Assembly: GCA_965195285.1 (NCBI GenBank)
Contig: CBDAFS010000003.1
Location: 1 to 64,000, forward strand
Source: an uncultured Aminicenantes bacterium
GTDB taxonomy: Bacteria > Acidobacteriota > Aminicenantia > UBA2199
Length of the DNA stretch: 64,000 bases
Direction: 5' to 3'
The position numbers were made by a program, and so were the translations under genes. The stretch's first letter is position 1; every line of letters begins with the position of its first letter. This document shows positions 48,533 through 57,884 of the stretch, piece after piece. The notes beneath the pieces were generated by a model, which had not been told where the DNA came from, made no database searches, and worked only from the letters and a program-made list of their open reading frames with translations.

Positions 48533-50398
48533 ATGACTAATCAAATAACATTCTCTGATATAATAGGTCTGGCTAAGACAGGATTAGATGTTCATACTCT
48601 TGGATTATCATCTATTAATGAAATATTACGAGAATGCGGATTTAAAACAATAGTAACAGATTCGATTGTTTCAAAAGCTTTTTCAGAACCGAGAGAACTT
48701 AACAATTTTATGTTAATAGAGAAATGGATTTGTGAGAATAAAATTACTGTTTTAGGATTTAGTTACAGACTGGATATTGACGATGGTGTATTGCTATTTA
48801 AGAGACTCATGAATCAACTTGAGAAGAAAAAACTGTTGAAAGTTACCGGGGGGCATATTAAGAAGATTTATTTTGCAGGACTGCCGAAAGCTTGTGACAT
48901 AATAAAACACATCTTCAGAAGTGAAGTAGGTGTTTTTTACGGTGATGAAACACCTATTGAAAGCCTTCAAATTTTAGGGATTGATTCTTCCCTGGCACCC
49001 CTGGATATTATTAAGAGACACCACTATGATATTATATTAGAAGAATTTGGAAAAGACATTATTCAAAAAGCTGATTATGTGTCAATTGAACCTGTTGACA
49101 GGTATTCGTCAAAAAACTTTGGATCAAAAAAAGAAAGACTCGTAGACAGGATAAAGCATAGCGGGGAAAACAACCTGCCTCCATTAATCAGGACGCATGC
49201 AGGTCCATATCAACAGAACAGAGATGAGGCTGTAAATCAATTTGCAGAATGGTCACAGCAGCTTGCTAAAAATAGACTATTAGATGTGCTTTCTATAGGG
49301 ACTTCACAACTATCCCAGGAGAAATTTGGAGAAAACTGGGACGGGTTGCCCAATGGCGGTGGAGTACCAATAAATTCTCCTGAAGAATATCGTATGATCT
49401 ATGATGTTTCACGTCCGATGCTTGTCAGGACATATGCGGGGACGAAAAACATAAAGCAACTTGCCAGGATGTATGAGGATACAATAAATATTGCCTGGCA
49501 TGCATTATCTTTATGGTGGTTTTCACAGATTGACGGAAGGGGTCCGAATTCAGTTCTTGATAACCTGAAAGAGCACTTTGATACAATTAGATATATTGCA
49601 TCGACGGGTAAACCTTATGAAGCAAATGTTTCACATCACTTTGCTTTCAGGTCATCGGATGATATTAGTTACGTTGTATCTGCAGTCCTGGCAGCCAGAG
49701 TGGCAAAAAGAGTGGGAATCAAAGATTTTGTTCTTCAAATTATGTTAAACGATCCGAAATACACCTGGGGTGTAAATGATCTTGCCAAGGCAAGAGCAAC
49801 TCTTGAACTTGTAAGGAAGCTTGAAGATGCGGATTTTAGGATATATCTTCAGACAAGGGCCGGACTGAATTATCTCTCTCACGAAGCAGAAAAAGCAAAG
49901 AGTCAGCTTGCTGCTGTCACTGCTTTAATGGATGATATTGAACCATTTAATATACATAGCCCAAGTATTATTCATGTGGTTGGTTATTCCGAAGGAAGTC
50001 ATTTAGCTACGCCGCAAATAATAGATGAGAGTATTCGGATTACCAGAAAGGCGCTTTATTCATATAGGCTTCTGAAAATAAAAGGCAATGTTGATGACAT
50101 GTCAAGGCATCCAGATATAGAAGAGAGGATGAGTTTTCTTATTCAAGGGGCTAAAAAGGTATTAAGAACGATTGAGTACTGTATAAAGAATCCATATACG
50201 TCACAAGGATTATATGACACATTCAAAATGGGTTTTCTTCCTGTGCCCCGGTTACTGTATTGCAGGGAGGAATTTCCAGAAGCAGTGAGATGGCAAACCA
50301 AAATAAGAAATGGCGGTGTTGATATTTATGATAATAATAAAATGATGTCCCCAAAAGACAGGATGGATTATATTAAAGAAGAGGTTCTACGAAGATGA
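48533..50398 (+). CDS. Cobalamin-binding domain fused to a putative mutase-type TIM-barrel domain
   Basis: Base-off B12 motif DVHTLG...GFSY...FAG at the N-terminus, then ~450 aa alpha/beta domain (RTHAGP, SIGTSQLSQ, NGGGVP). No CxxxCxxC radical-SAM motif. Confidence 0.7.
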   Translation: MTNQITFSDIIGLAKTGLDVHTLGLSSINEILRECGFKTIVTDSIVSKAFSEPRELNNFMLIEKWICENKITVLGFSYRLDIDDGVLLFKRLMNQLEKKKLLKVTGGHIKKIYFAGLPKACDIIKHIFRSEVGVFYGDETPIESLQILGIDSSLAPLDIIKRHHYDIILEEFGKDIIQKADYVSIEPVDRYSSKNFGSKKERLVDRIKHSGENNLPPLIRTHAGPYQQNRDEAVNQFAEWSQQLAKNRLLDVLSIGTSQLSQEKFGENWDGLPNGGGVPINSPEEYRMIYDVSRPMLVRTYAGTKNIKQLARMYEDTINIAWHALSLWWFSQIDGRGPNSVLDNLKEHFDTIRYIASTGKPYEANVSHHFAFRSSDDISYVVSAVLAARVAKRVGIKDFVLQIMLNDPKYTWGVNDLAKARATLELVRKLEDADFRIYLQTRAGLNYLSHEAEKAKSQLAAVTALMDDIEPFNIHSPSIIHVVGYSEGSHLATPQIIDESIRITRKALYSYRLLKIKGNVDDMSRHPDIEERMSFLIQGAKKVLRTIEYCIKNPYTSQGLYDTFKMGFLPVPRLLYCREEFPEAVRWQTKIRNGGVDIYDNNKMMSPKDRMDYIKEEVLRR

Positions 50399-51381
50399 AA
50401 AAATTTAAGATAGGTTTACTAAATAAAAAAAGGGGAAATTTCAGGTTGCAGGAAAAGTTTTCAGATTCTGAAGATGTTGTTGATGAGACATACAAAGAAA
50501 TTGCCCATCACTATGAAGCTTTGAATAATGGAGACTATGATGTTTATACAATAGTATGGGGACCGGAATTTATTAACGATTTGAGGAGGTTAAAAGTTGA
50601 TCTTATTTTTAATGTTTCAAGTATGGTAGAAGCAGCGATACTGGAAGAGTTAGAAATCCCTTATGTTGGTTCCGATACTTTCACAATAGCACTTGCAACG
50701 GATAAATCTTTGGCAAAAAGGATGTGGCAGAATGCAGGTTTACCGACATCTCCTTTCCATGTAGCCAGGACTGAAGCCGACTGCCAGATTTTCAAGGAGA
50801 ACCCTCCTTTTGACTATCCACTTTTTATTAAGCCTTTGGCAGGTAGAGGCAGTGCCGGGATAACCAGGGAATCTGTCGTTAAAAACTATGACCAGTTAGT
50901 AAAAGGTGTACTGGAAAGATATAGAGCCATTGGGCAGCCGGTTCTGATTGAGAGATTCCTGAAAGGTAGGGAAATAACATTCGGTATTTTAAATAATGAT
51001 GAAGATATAAGGTCACTCCCACCTTTAGAGGTTGCTTATCGTGAAGGTGATATTACCCTGACGTTTGAGAAGAAAGAAATGGATAATGATAATTTTTTCT
51101 GTCCGGCAAGACTAACAGATGAAGAGACATCGGATATGCAATCGCTGGCAATTAAGGCTTACAAAGTACTGGGTTTCAGGGATTATGGAAGGATTGATAC
51201 CATATTAACAGAAGACGGCCCCTTTCTTCTTGAAGGAAATACTTTTGCAGGTTTAATGTGTACACCTGAAGAAAAACCTCATAGTTATATAGGATTTATG
51301 GCTGTTGCAGAAGGAAAAGGCGGCGAGGAGTTGCTTGATGAAATAATACAGGGTGCAGTAAAGAGGTATAATTTAAAATAG
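50395..51381 (+). CDS. ATP-grasp ligase, D-Ala-D-Ala ligase-like
   Basis: IPYVGS, DKSLAK, FIKP..GSAGI, IERFLKGREIT, YGRID, LEGNT. Confidence 0.85.
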   Translation: MKKFKIGLLNKKRGNFRLQEKFSDSEDVVDETYKEIAHHYEALNNGDYDVYTIVWGPEFINDLRRLKVDLIFNVSSMVEAAILEELEIPYVGSDTFTIALATDKSLAKRMWQNAGLPTSPFHVARTEADCQIFKENPPFDYPLFIKPLAGRGSAGITRESVVKNYDQLVKGVLERYRAIGQPVLIERFLKGREITFGILNNDEDIRSLPPLEVAYREGDITLTFEKKEMDNDNFFCPARLTDEETSDMQSLAIKAYKVLGFRDYGRIDTILTEDGPFLLEGNTFAGLMCTPEEKPHSYIGFMAVAEGKGGEELLDEIIQGAVKRYNLK

Positions 51382-51441
51382 ACAATTTGGCATGTCAGTA
51401 CCCAGGATTGAGATCAATCTAAAAAAAATACAATGGTTAAA

Positions 51442-51512
51442 TGGAGCCAAGCGGAGTCGAACCGCCATCTTAGCCTTGCGAAGGCTATGTTCTCCCATTA
51501 AACTATGGCCCC
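51442..51512 (-). tRNA. tRNA-Ala(CGC)
   Basis: Reverse complement GGGGCCATAGTTTAATGGGAGAACA-TAGCC-TTCGCAA-GGCTA-AGAT-GGCGGTTCGACTCCGCT-TGGCTCCA; G3:U70 and A73 alanine identity elements. Confidence 0.88.
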
Positions 51513-51536
51513 AATAAAGTTTTTTTATGCCGCGGG

Positions 51537-52547
51537 TCAAAAAGGATCGCAACTCTGAATCAAACCACTCACTTCATTCCATTTTTGATCATTCATTTTT
51601 GCCCCGATCACCTCAACCACTTTTCCACCCACACAGGCTCCCATTTTTCCGGATATCTCCACCGAATAACCATTCATGAGACCGTACATAAAACCCGCCG
51701 CATACAGATCACCCGCTCCGGTGGTATCAAGGGCCTGAATTGAAATCGGCTCTATTCGGTATTGTTGGGATTCATGCTGGATGAAAGATCCACTTTCCCC
51801 GCATTTTACCACCGCAATCCTGCACTGTTTGGCAATTTCCCTCAGGGCTTCCCGGGGATTTTCTTTTCCGGTGAAAGTCCGGGCTTCATCTTCATTGGCC
51901 AGTACAATATCCACATATTTACCCACTATATAATCAAGATATTCCCTGTTTTCCTCAACCGTGCCAAAACTCGAAAAATCCATGACAATTTCAAGCCCGG
52001 CATCTTTGGATGATTGAAAAACCTTTTCAAGCATTTCTCGGTAGGGTATCAGATAAGCTTCAACCAGTAAATAATCATAGTTTTTAAATATATCACCGCC
52101 AATATCGCACATGAACAACTCATTGGCAGCTCCCAGATAGGTGGCCATGGTTCTCTCGGTATCCGTAGAAATCAGAGAAATCGACTTTCCGGTCTCTAAC
52201 TCGCCTTTAAAGAGATGGGCCTGAATGGAGTTGGAAGCCATATCGGACTGAAAAAAACTGCCAAACTCATCATTGCCGATGGTTCCGATAAAGCCGACCG
52301 GTACTCCCAGTCGAGCCAAACCGCTAACCGTATTGGCAGAAGATCCGCCACTGGATTTATGATGCTCCAAATGGGCGGTTTTTTCCAGTATGTGCCTTAC
52401 TTTTTCTTTTTCAATCAGGGTCATTCCCCCCTTGGATAATCCCAATTCATCCAAAAGGCTGTCATCATCAATTTGAATCAGGATATCCACCAGGGCATTT
52501 CCGATTCCCAGTAACCGTTTCCGGTTATCTTTCTGCCCGGGATTCAT
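51537..52547 (-). CDS. PfkB family kinase (adenosine kinase-like)
   Basis: GIGNALVDI, GGSSANT, ERTMATYLGA, DTTGAGDLYAAGF. Confidence 0.9.
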   Translation of the reverse strand: MNPGQKDNRKRLLGIGNALVDILIQIDDDSLLDELGLSKGGMTLIEKEKVRHILEKTAHLEHHKSSGGSSANTVSGLARLGVPVGFIGTIGNDEFGSFFQSDMASNSIQAHLFKGELETGKSISLISTDTERTMATYLGAANELFMCDIGGDIFKNYDYLLVEAYLIPYREMLEKVFQSSKDAGLEIVMDFSSFGTVEENREYLDYIVGKYVDIVLANEDEARTFTGKENPREALREIAKQCRIAVVKCGESGSFIQHESQQYRIEPISIQALDTTGAGDLYAAGFMYGLMNGYSVEISGKMGACVGGKVVEVIGAKMNDQKWNEVSGLIQSCDPF

Positions 52548-52912
52548 AGTTTTCCATTCACGATTTTTTCAATTTGATTGTTATCATTCATGATCAGGAC
52601 AACCGAATTCAGGGAATTCAATTCCCGTTCATCAATCAGGGCATAGGCAGCGATGATGATGGTATCGCCTTTGGAAACCAGGTGGGCAGCAGCTCCATTC
52701 AGTACAATATCCTTTGAACCTGCCTGTTCTTGGATCACATAGGTTGCAAAACGGTTTCCATTTGAAATATTATATACTTCAACTTTCTGAAACTCTCTGA
52801 GATTGGCCTTGGTCATGATCTCTTCATCAATACCAATACTTCCGGCATAATCCAGGTTGGTACCGGTTACCCTGGCTTTATGAATTTTTGAAATCAGAAA
52901 GGGTATTAACAT
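52544..52912 (-). CDS. panD: Aspartate 1-decarboxylase
   Basis: SKIHKARVT, YAGSIGID autocleavage site, NGNRFATYVI, LNGAAA. Confidence 0.96.
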   Translation of the reverse strand: MLIPFLISKIHKARVTGTNLDYAGSIGIDEEIMTKANLREFQKVEVYNISNGNRFATYVIQEQAGSKDIVLNGAAAHLVSKGDTIIIAAYALIDERELNSLNSVVLIMNDNNQIEKIVNGKL

Positions 52913-53758
52913 TTATATTTCTCCTAAAATAAAATTATCAATAAGGCGGGTGTTACCCACCCTGATGGCAGCTGCCACCAGGGTGTTTTCCGGATCCACG
53001 CTGTCCAGTAGTTCCAGATGATCGAGACTCACTATCTCTATATAATCAATTTTGATCAATCGATTCTGTTTCAATATCACCTCTATCTCTTCTTTCAGGG
53101 CAGCTGAATCTTCCCGGCTTTCACCAATACGGCTTTGAGCTGTACTCAGTGCAGTGTGCAGTAAAACGGCTGCTTGCCTTTCCTGATCGGAAAGGTATCT
53201 ATTTCTGGATGACAGTGCCAGTCCGTCATCATCCCTGATGATGGGCAGCACCTTTATATCCAAATCCAGGTCCAGATCCGCTACCATTCTCTTGATGATG
53301 ATGGCCTGCTGGGCATCCTTTTGACCAAAATAAGCCGTGGTCGGCTGAACCAGGTTAAACAACTTCAATACCACGGTGGTCACCCCTCTGAAATGGGTCG
53401 GGCGGGTTTTACCGCAGAGGACGGTTCCCAATTTTTTTACTTCAATAAAGGTGGCATAATTCGCCCCGTACATTTGATCCGAGCCCGGGGAAAAAATACA
53501 ATCCACTGACCGGGCTTCCAATAGTTGTCGATCTTGTGGAAAATCGCGGGGGTATCGATCCAGATCCTCTTCGGGACCAAACTGGGTGGGATTCACAAAT
53601 ATGGAAACAATAGTAGCCTGATTTTCTTCAAGGCTTTTGTCGATCAGGCTGAGATGCCCGTCATGTAGATAACCCATGGTGGGGACAAAACCGATTTTCT
53701 TCCGATTTAATGCCCGGCGGTATTGTCTGAATTCATCAATTTGAGAAATGATTTTCAT
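52913..53758 (-). CDS. panC: Pantoate-beta-alanine ligase
   Basis: FVPTMGYLHDGH, SIFVNPTQF, FGQKDAQQ, LSSRN, RLIDN. Confidence 0.97.
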   Translation of the reverse strand: MKIISQIDEFRQYRRALNRKKIGFVPTMGYLHDGHLSLIDKSLEENQATIVSIFVNPTQFGPEEDLDRYPRDFPQDRQLLEARSVDCIFSPGSDQMYGANYATFIEVKKLGTVLCGKTRPTHFRGVTTVVLKLFNLVQPTTAYFGQKDAQQAIIIKRMVADLDLDLDIKVLPIIRDDDGLALSSRNRYLSDQERQAAVLLHTALSTAQSRIGESREDSAALKEEIEVILKQNRLIKIDYIEIVSLDHLELLDSVDPENTLVAAAIRVGNTRLIDNFILGEI

Positions 53759-54600
53759 TTTATGAATGTTTCGATATCTTTCTGTAAATGATAGCTTTCA
53801 TCATCACCGGGAAATGATCCAGCCTGGATATCATGAATATATTGTTTCAGGGCCTCCTGGATGATCCCGTTTAAATCCGCGTATTTTCTGACAAATTTGG
53901 GGAAATACAAACTGGTCAATCCCACCAGGTCATGAAATACCAGTATCTGTCCGTCACAAAATCTACCTGCCCCGATTCCGATAGTGGGGATTTTCACCGA
54001 TTCAGTGATCTTCCTGGCCAGCTCCAAGGGAATGGACTCCAGAACCATGGCAAATACCCCGAGTTTCTCCAGTTCGATCGCATCCTCCAGGATTTCCCTG
54101 GCCACCTCCCTTTTTTTCCCCTGCACCTTAAATCCCCCCAATCTATGAACCGACTGGGGAGTCAGGCCTAAATGCCCCAGGACCGGGATTTCAATATTTA
54201 GGATAGCCTCAATCATCTTAAACCGTCTTCTCCCTCCTTCCAGCTTCACGGCTTCGGCTCCGCCTTCCTTCACGCAGCGGATGGCATTCTCCAGGGTTTT
54301 TTCAATACTCACGTGATAGGAGTGAAAAGGCATATCACTGACTACCATGGAAAGGGTATTGGATCGCGATACCAACCGGGTATGGTAAACAATTTCATCC
54401 AGGGTCACTCTCAAGGTATCCTTTTCGCCCTGGATCACCATGCCCAGGGAATCCCCGACCAGAATAAGATCAATTCCAGCTTCGGAAGCGATTTTGGCAG
54501 TGGGAAAATCATAGGCGGTTATTGCCGATAGCTTCTCACCCTGTTCCTTGATTTTTTTCAGGTACAAAACAGTACGTTTTTCTTGGTTAGGCTGGAGCAT
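53755..54600 (-). CDS. panB: 3-methyl-2-oxobutanoate hydroxymethyltransferase
   Basis: TAYD, LVGDSLGM, AVKLEGG, GHLGLTPQS, IGIGAG..CDGQILV. Confidence 0.97.
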   Translation of the reverse strand: MLQPNQEKRTVLYLKKIKEQGEKLSAITAYDFPTAKIASEAGIDLILVGDSLGMVIQGEKDTLRVTLDEIVYHTRLVSRSNTLSMVVSDMPFHSYHVSIEKTLENAIRCVKEGGAEAVKLEGGRRRFKMIEAILNIEIPVLGHLGLTPQSVHRLGGFKVQGKKREVAREILEDAIELEKLGVFAMVLESIPLELARKITESVKIPTIGIGAGRFCDGQILVFHDLVGLTSLYFPKFVRKYADLNGIIQEALKQYIHDIQAGSFPGDDESYHLQKDIETFIK

Positions 54601-55225
54601 AATATCTTATTCCTTTTTTATGGGTTTTGATTTCCTTCATCAGTTGCTGAACTTCATTATGATTTTTCAAGTTCACCTTTTCCATATTGACAACCAGCAA
54701 CGGTGAACGGTTGTAATTAAAAAAATAATAATTATAGGCTTCAAAAACTTCTCTCCAGTATTCCTGGGGAACTTCTTTTTCACCGTTGGTTCCGCTGTCC
54801 TGAATTCTTTTCAGCATCTCAGAAAAAGAAATCTGTAAATACACCACCAGATCCGAATGAATGATGTTTTCAAGAAACAGATTGAACATCTTTTTATAGA
54901 TCTCCAGTTCCTCATCATTCAGGATCAGATGGGCATAGATACCATCGCGGAAGAATATATAATCGGAAACGGTCATTTTATGAAAGAGTCCCTTCTGCTT
55001 GATTTCCAGTTGCTGTGAATAACGGTTCAGCAGAAAAATCAGCTGGGTTTTCAGGGAAACCAAGTCCTCACCTCTGGCCAACGATGAAAAAAAATCCTTT
55101 AAAAAGGGATTTTCCTGATTGTCACAGATCAACCGGGCATTGAATTGCTCGGAAATAATCTGGGCCAGTCTGGTTTTTCCCGAACCAATCAACCCATCAA
55201 CTGCAATATATCTGAACTCATTCAT
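54587..55225 (-). CDS. Deoxynucleoside kinase family protein
   Basis: YIAVDGLIGSGKT, ENPFL, TQLIFLLNRY; usual position upstream of panB. Confidence 0.85.
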   Translation of the reverse strand: MNEFRYIAVDGLIGSGKTRLAQIISEQFNARLICDNQENPFLKDFFSSLARGEDLVSLKTQLIFLLNRYSQQLEIKQKGLFHKMTVSDYIFFRDGIYAHLILNDEELEIYKKMFNLFLENIIHSDLVVYLQISFSEMLKRIQDSGTNGEKEVPQEYWREVFEAYNYYFFNYNRSPLLVVNMEKVNLKNHNEVQQLMKEIKTHKKGIRYYAPA

Positions 55226-55234
55226 CAGGCCAAA

Positions 55235-55263
55235 ATTATATCACTTATTGGCAGGCATGTAAA
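55235..55263 (-). promoter_or_regulatory. Sigma70-like promoter for dNK-panBCD-kinase
   Basis: TTTACA-N17-TATAAT ending 9 nt before ATG 55225. Confidence 0.55.
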
Positions 55264-55406
55264 ACCGGATTCTCACCCATATGATCCCCTGATCAGGTCT
55301 TCGTATAGCCCACAGTTAAATCCTTTATGCTTGAATCCGGACAGCAGGGTCAGCGGTACGGACTTGGCCTGAATCTCTCTCACACCCATGATTTACATCG
55401 GGAAAT

Positions 55407-56225
55407 TCAACTTCTCAATTTTCGAACTTGCCGGGCAATGATTTTTTTTATTTTTTTAAAAGTGGGGGGAGGACCGGTCCTGACAGATTTACCATTTATA
55501 TACAGGGCATCTGAAATCCCCCACTCTAAAAAAACATCTCTATTAATGGTTTGAATCTCCTCAAACTCCACCAGGTTTCCGAATTCTTCCGATGCCTGTT
55601 TTGCCCTCTCATGAACGATATTTTGAGCCGGACACCATCCATTTAGGAATGAAGTTACCTTCACCTTCCCCGGTATGAACTCAGGTTTTTTTTTCATTCT
55701 GATCCATCTAGGGGATACGGCATCATCAGAAAATGGTTTCCACAAGAGAACCTGCCCTAAAAGACCCATTTTATCTACTCTGGTATAACCTTGCTTTTTA
55801 AACCAGGAGGCCTTCATCCAGAACGGTAAGGGGATTCCCCAGGCAACCATGCCCTTGGCACCTCTACTTCTGGCATCCGCCTCTGCGGCCTGAATCAGGG
55901 CTTTTCCCATGCCCCTTCCCTGAAAATTTCCCCGGCCCTTTTGATATCCATGCACCCAGATGCATTTGATAACATACAGATCCTCACCGGCTGTAAAGGA
56001 ATGTTCGATGGGAATATACTGGATCATCCCCCCTACCCGGCCATTCTCATCCTGAGCCAGTTTGACTGCCAATCCTTTATCCTTCATTCGCTCATACCAC
56101 AATTCCTTATAATTTCCGGCTTCTTTCATTTCATCCGACCAGTCCTCCAGGCAGACAAAATAGGACTGTTGATGGGCTTCATCCAGGTCAATGATTTTTA
56201 TATCTTTAAATTGATTCATAGCCAT
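55407..56225 (-). CDS. GNAT acetyltransferase (YoaP-like) with thioredoxin-like C-terminus
   Basis: GMIQYIP, IKCIWV, QGRGMGKALI, FKKQGY; WCP...GISDALYING. Confidence 0.8.
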   Translation of the reverse strand: MAMNQFKDIKIIDLDEAHQQSYFVCLEDWSDEMKEAGNYKELWYERMKDKGLAVKLAQDENGRVGGMIQYIPIEHSFTAGEDLYVIKCIWVHGYQKGRGNFQGRGMGKALIQAAEADARSRGAKGMVAWGIPLPFWMKASWFKKQGYTRVDKMGLLGQVLLWKPFSDDAVSPRWIRMKKKPEFIPGKVKVTSFLNGWCPAQNIVHERAKQASEEFGNLVEFEEIQTINRDVFLEWGISDALYINGKSVRTGPPPTFKKIKKIIARQVRKLRS

Positions 56226-56257
56226 CCTCCTGAAATATTAAATTGCCCATGAAAAAC

Positions 56258-57043
56258 CTACTTTTGCATCAGGGCTTTTTTTATGACATTTTTTGAAATC
56301 CCGTATTTATCCTTGAAAAAAGTAAAAATATCCTCCCGGGAATGAATCTCCGGCTTCATTGGGCTGCGCCTTTCCTTGCTGGCTCCTTCCACAATAATGA
56401 CGATTTCACCCAACAGGTGCTCCGGTTCCAGAACCGTTTCCAGCGATTCCAATTCACCCCGGATCATTTTTTCAAACCGTTTGCTGATCTCCTTTCCAAT
56501 GCAAAATCGCCGGTTTCCCAGTACCGAATAAGCCGCTTTTAGAAAATTCTCCGCCCGGCGGGGAGACTCGTAAAAAACCAGGGTGTGGGGACAAGGAGCC
56601 AAGGATTTAAGACCTGACACCAGTTCACCTCTTTTTCGCGGGGGAAACCCCATAAAAACAAATGATTTCGGATTGATACCCGAGGCCACCAGGGCCGGGA
56701 TAAAAGCAGTGGGGCCCGGCAGGGGAATGATTTCAATTCCATTTTCAATGGCTTTTTCGATCAGAATATAGCCGGGATCCGAGATCAGGGGAGTTCCGGA
56801 ATCGGTGATCAGGGCTGCATCCCGGGTCCTGAGCATGTCGATAATGGCATCGGCCTTCCGGGATTCATGGGGTCGGTAATAACTGATCAACTTTTTTTTA
56901 ATTTCCAGATGAGTCAGCAATTTCAAAGAATAACGGGTATCTTCAACAATAATGAAATCGATTTTCCTCAGAGTATCAATGGCCCTAAGAGTAATATCTT
57001 TCAAATTTCCAATCGGAACCGGAACCAGGTACAACCTCATCAT
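56258..57043 (-). CDS. rsmI: 16S rRNA C1402 2'-O-methyltransferase
   Basis: PIGNLKDITLRA, EDTR, DSGTPLISDPG, FYESPRR, KEISKRFE. Confidence 0.95.
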   Translation of the reverse strand: MMRLYLVPVPIGNLKDITLRAIDTLRKIDFIIVEDTRYSLKLLTHLEIKKKLISYYRPHESRKADAIIDMLRTRDAALITDSGTPLISDPGYILIEKAIENGIEIIPLPGPTAFIPALVASGINPKSFVFMGFPPRKRGELVSGLKSLAPCPHTLVFYESPRRAENFLKAAYSVLGNRRFCIGKEISKRFEKMIRGELESLETVLEPEHLLGEIVIIVEGASKERRSPMKPEIHSREDIFTFFKDKYGISKNVIKKALMQK

Positions 57044-57068
57044 TTATTATACTTTCCTAAGAAATTGT

Positions 57069-57884
57069 TTATTTATTCCAATCCCTCAAATACCGGAACT
57101 CCAGGCCGATGGTTCGGTTCTGCAACTTGGGGATGGGGGGCATGGTTCGCTTGAATTGTGAATTTACGATCAAATTTTTTATCTTTTTAATCCACTCTTG
57201 GGGATATCCCAATTTTTGAATGTCTTTATCCTTCTTCCTCCTGTCAATCAGCTGGTAGAGGATTTCATCCAGTTTCCGGTAGGAAATCCCGATTTCCTTT
57301 TCATCGGTCTGATCCTTCCATAAATCGGCAGAGGGTTTTTTATTGATGATAGCCTCAGGTATCTTGAGATACCGGGCAAAATCGAAGATCTGGGTTTTGT
57401 AGAGATCACCCAGGGGAAAGAAGGCTGCTGCCGAATCACCAAACAGGGTGGAATAACCGATCAACAATTCACTCTTGTTGGAGGTACCGATCACCAGGGC
57501 CTTTTTGCGTATGGAAAAATCATATAAAACCGACATCCGCTCCCGGGCACATTTGTTTCCAATTAACATCCGGTTATTGGTGGGATATTGATCAAAATAG
57601 GCATTCACAGCGGGGGAAATATCGATCACTTCATATTTTACCCCAAATTGATCGCAGATCATCTTGCCATGGGTCAGGCTTTCCGGTGATGAGTACTGAT
57701 AGGGCATCAACAGGGCGAAGCTGTGATCCTTACCCAGGGCCTCCCGGGTCAGGGCCAGAACCACCGCCGAATCAAGACCGCCCGAGACCCCCAGAATTCC
57801 ATTTTTAAAGTTGTTCTTTTGAATCGAATCCCGGATGAAACCGACAATCACCTTCTTGGCAACTTCAAAATTGATCTCAATCAT
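57069..57884 (-). CDS. nadE: NAD+ synthetase (synthetase domain only)
   Basis: GVSGGLDS, ARERM, GTSNKSE, DLYKTQ, KPSADLW. Confidence 0.95.
   Translation of the reverse strand: MIEINFEVAKKVIVGFIRDSIQKNNFKNGILGVSGGLDSAVVLALTREALGKDHSFALLMPYQYSSPESLTHGKMICDQFGVKYEVIDISPAVNAYFDQYPTNNRMLIGNKCARERMSVLYDFSIRKKALVIGTSNKSELLIGYSTLFGDSAAAFFPLGDLYKTQIFDFARYLKIPEAIINKKPSADLWKDQTDEKEIGISYRKLDEILYQLIDRRKKDKDIQKLGYPQEWIKKIKNLIVNSQFKRTMPPIPKLQNRTIGLEFRYLRDWNK

Noticed and set aside
47230-51445. att duplication or integrase for the opine island
   Set aside because: No copy of the tRNA-Ala 3' end was found near 47230-47370 and there is no recombinase, so it is not called a mobile element.
55264-55400. Possible pan RNA motif, riboswitch or 6S RNA upstream of dNK-panBCD
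   Set aside because: Some pairing is possible, but I could not match a consensus. A promoter lies downstream of it, and the segment reads better as a gene remnant. An Rfam scan would settle it.
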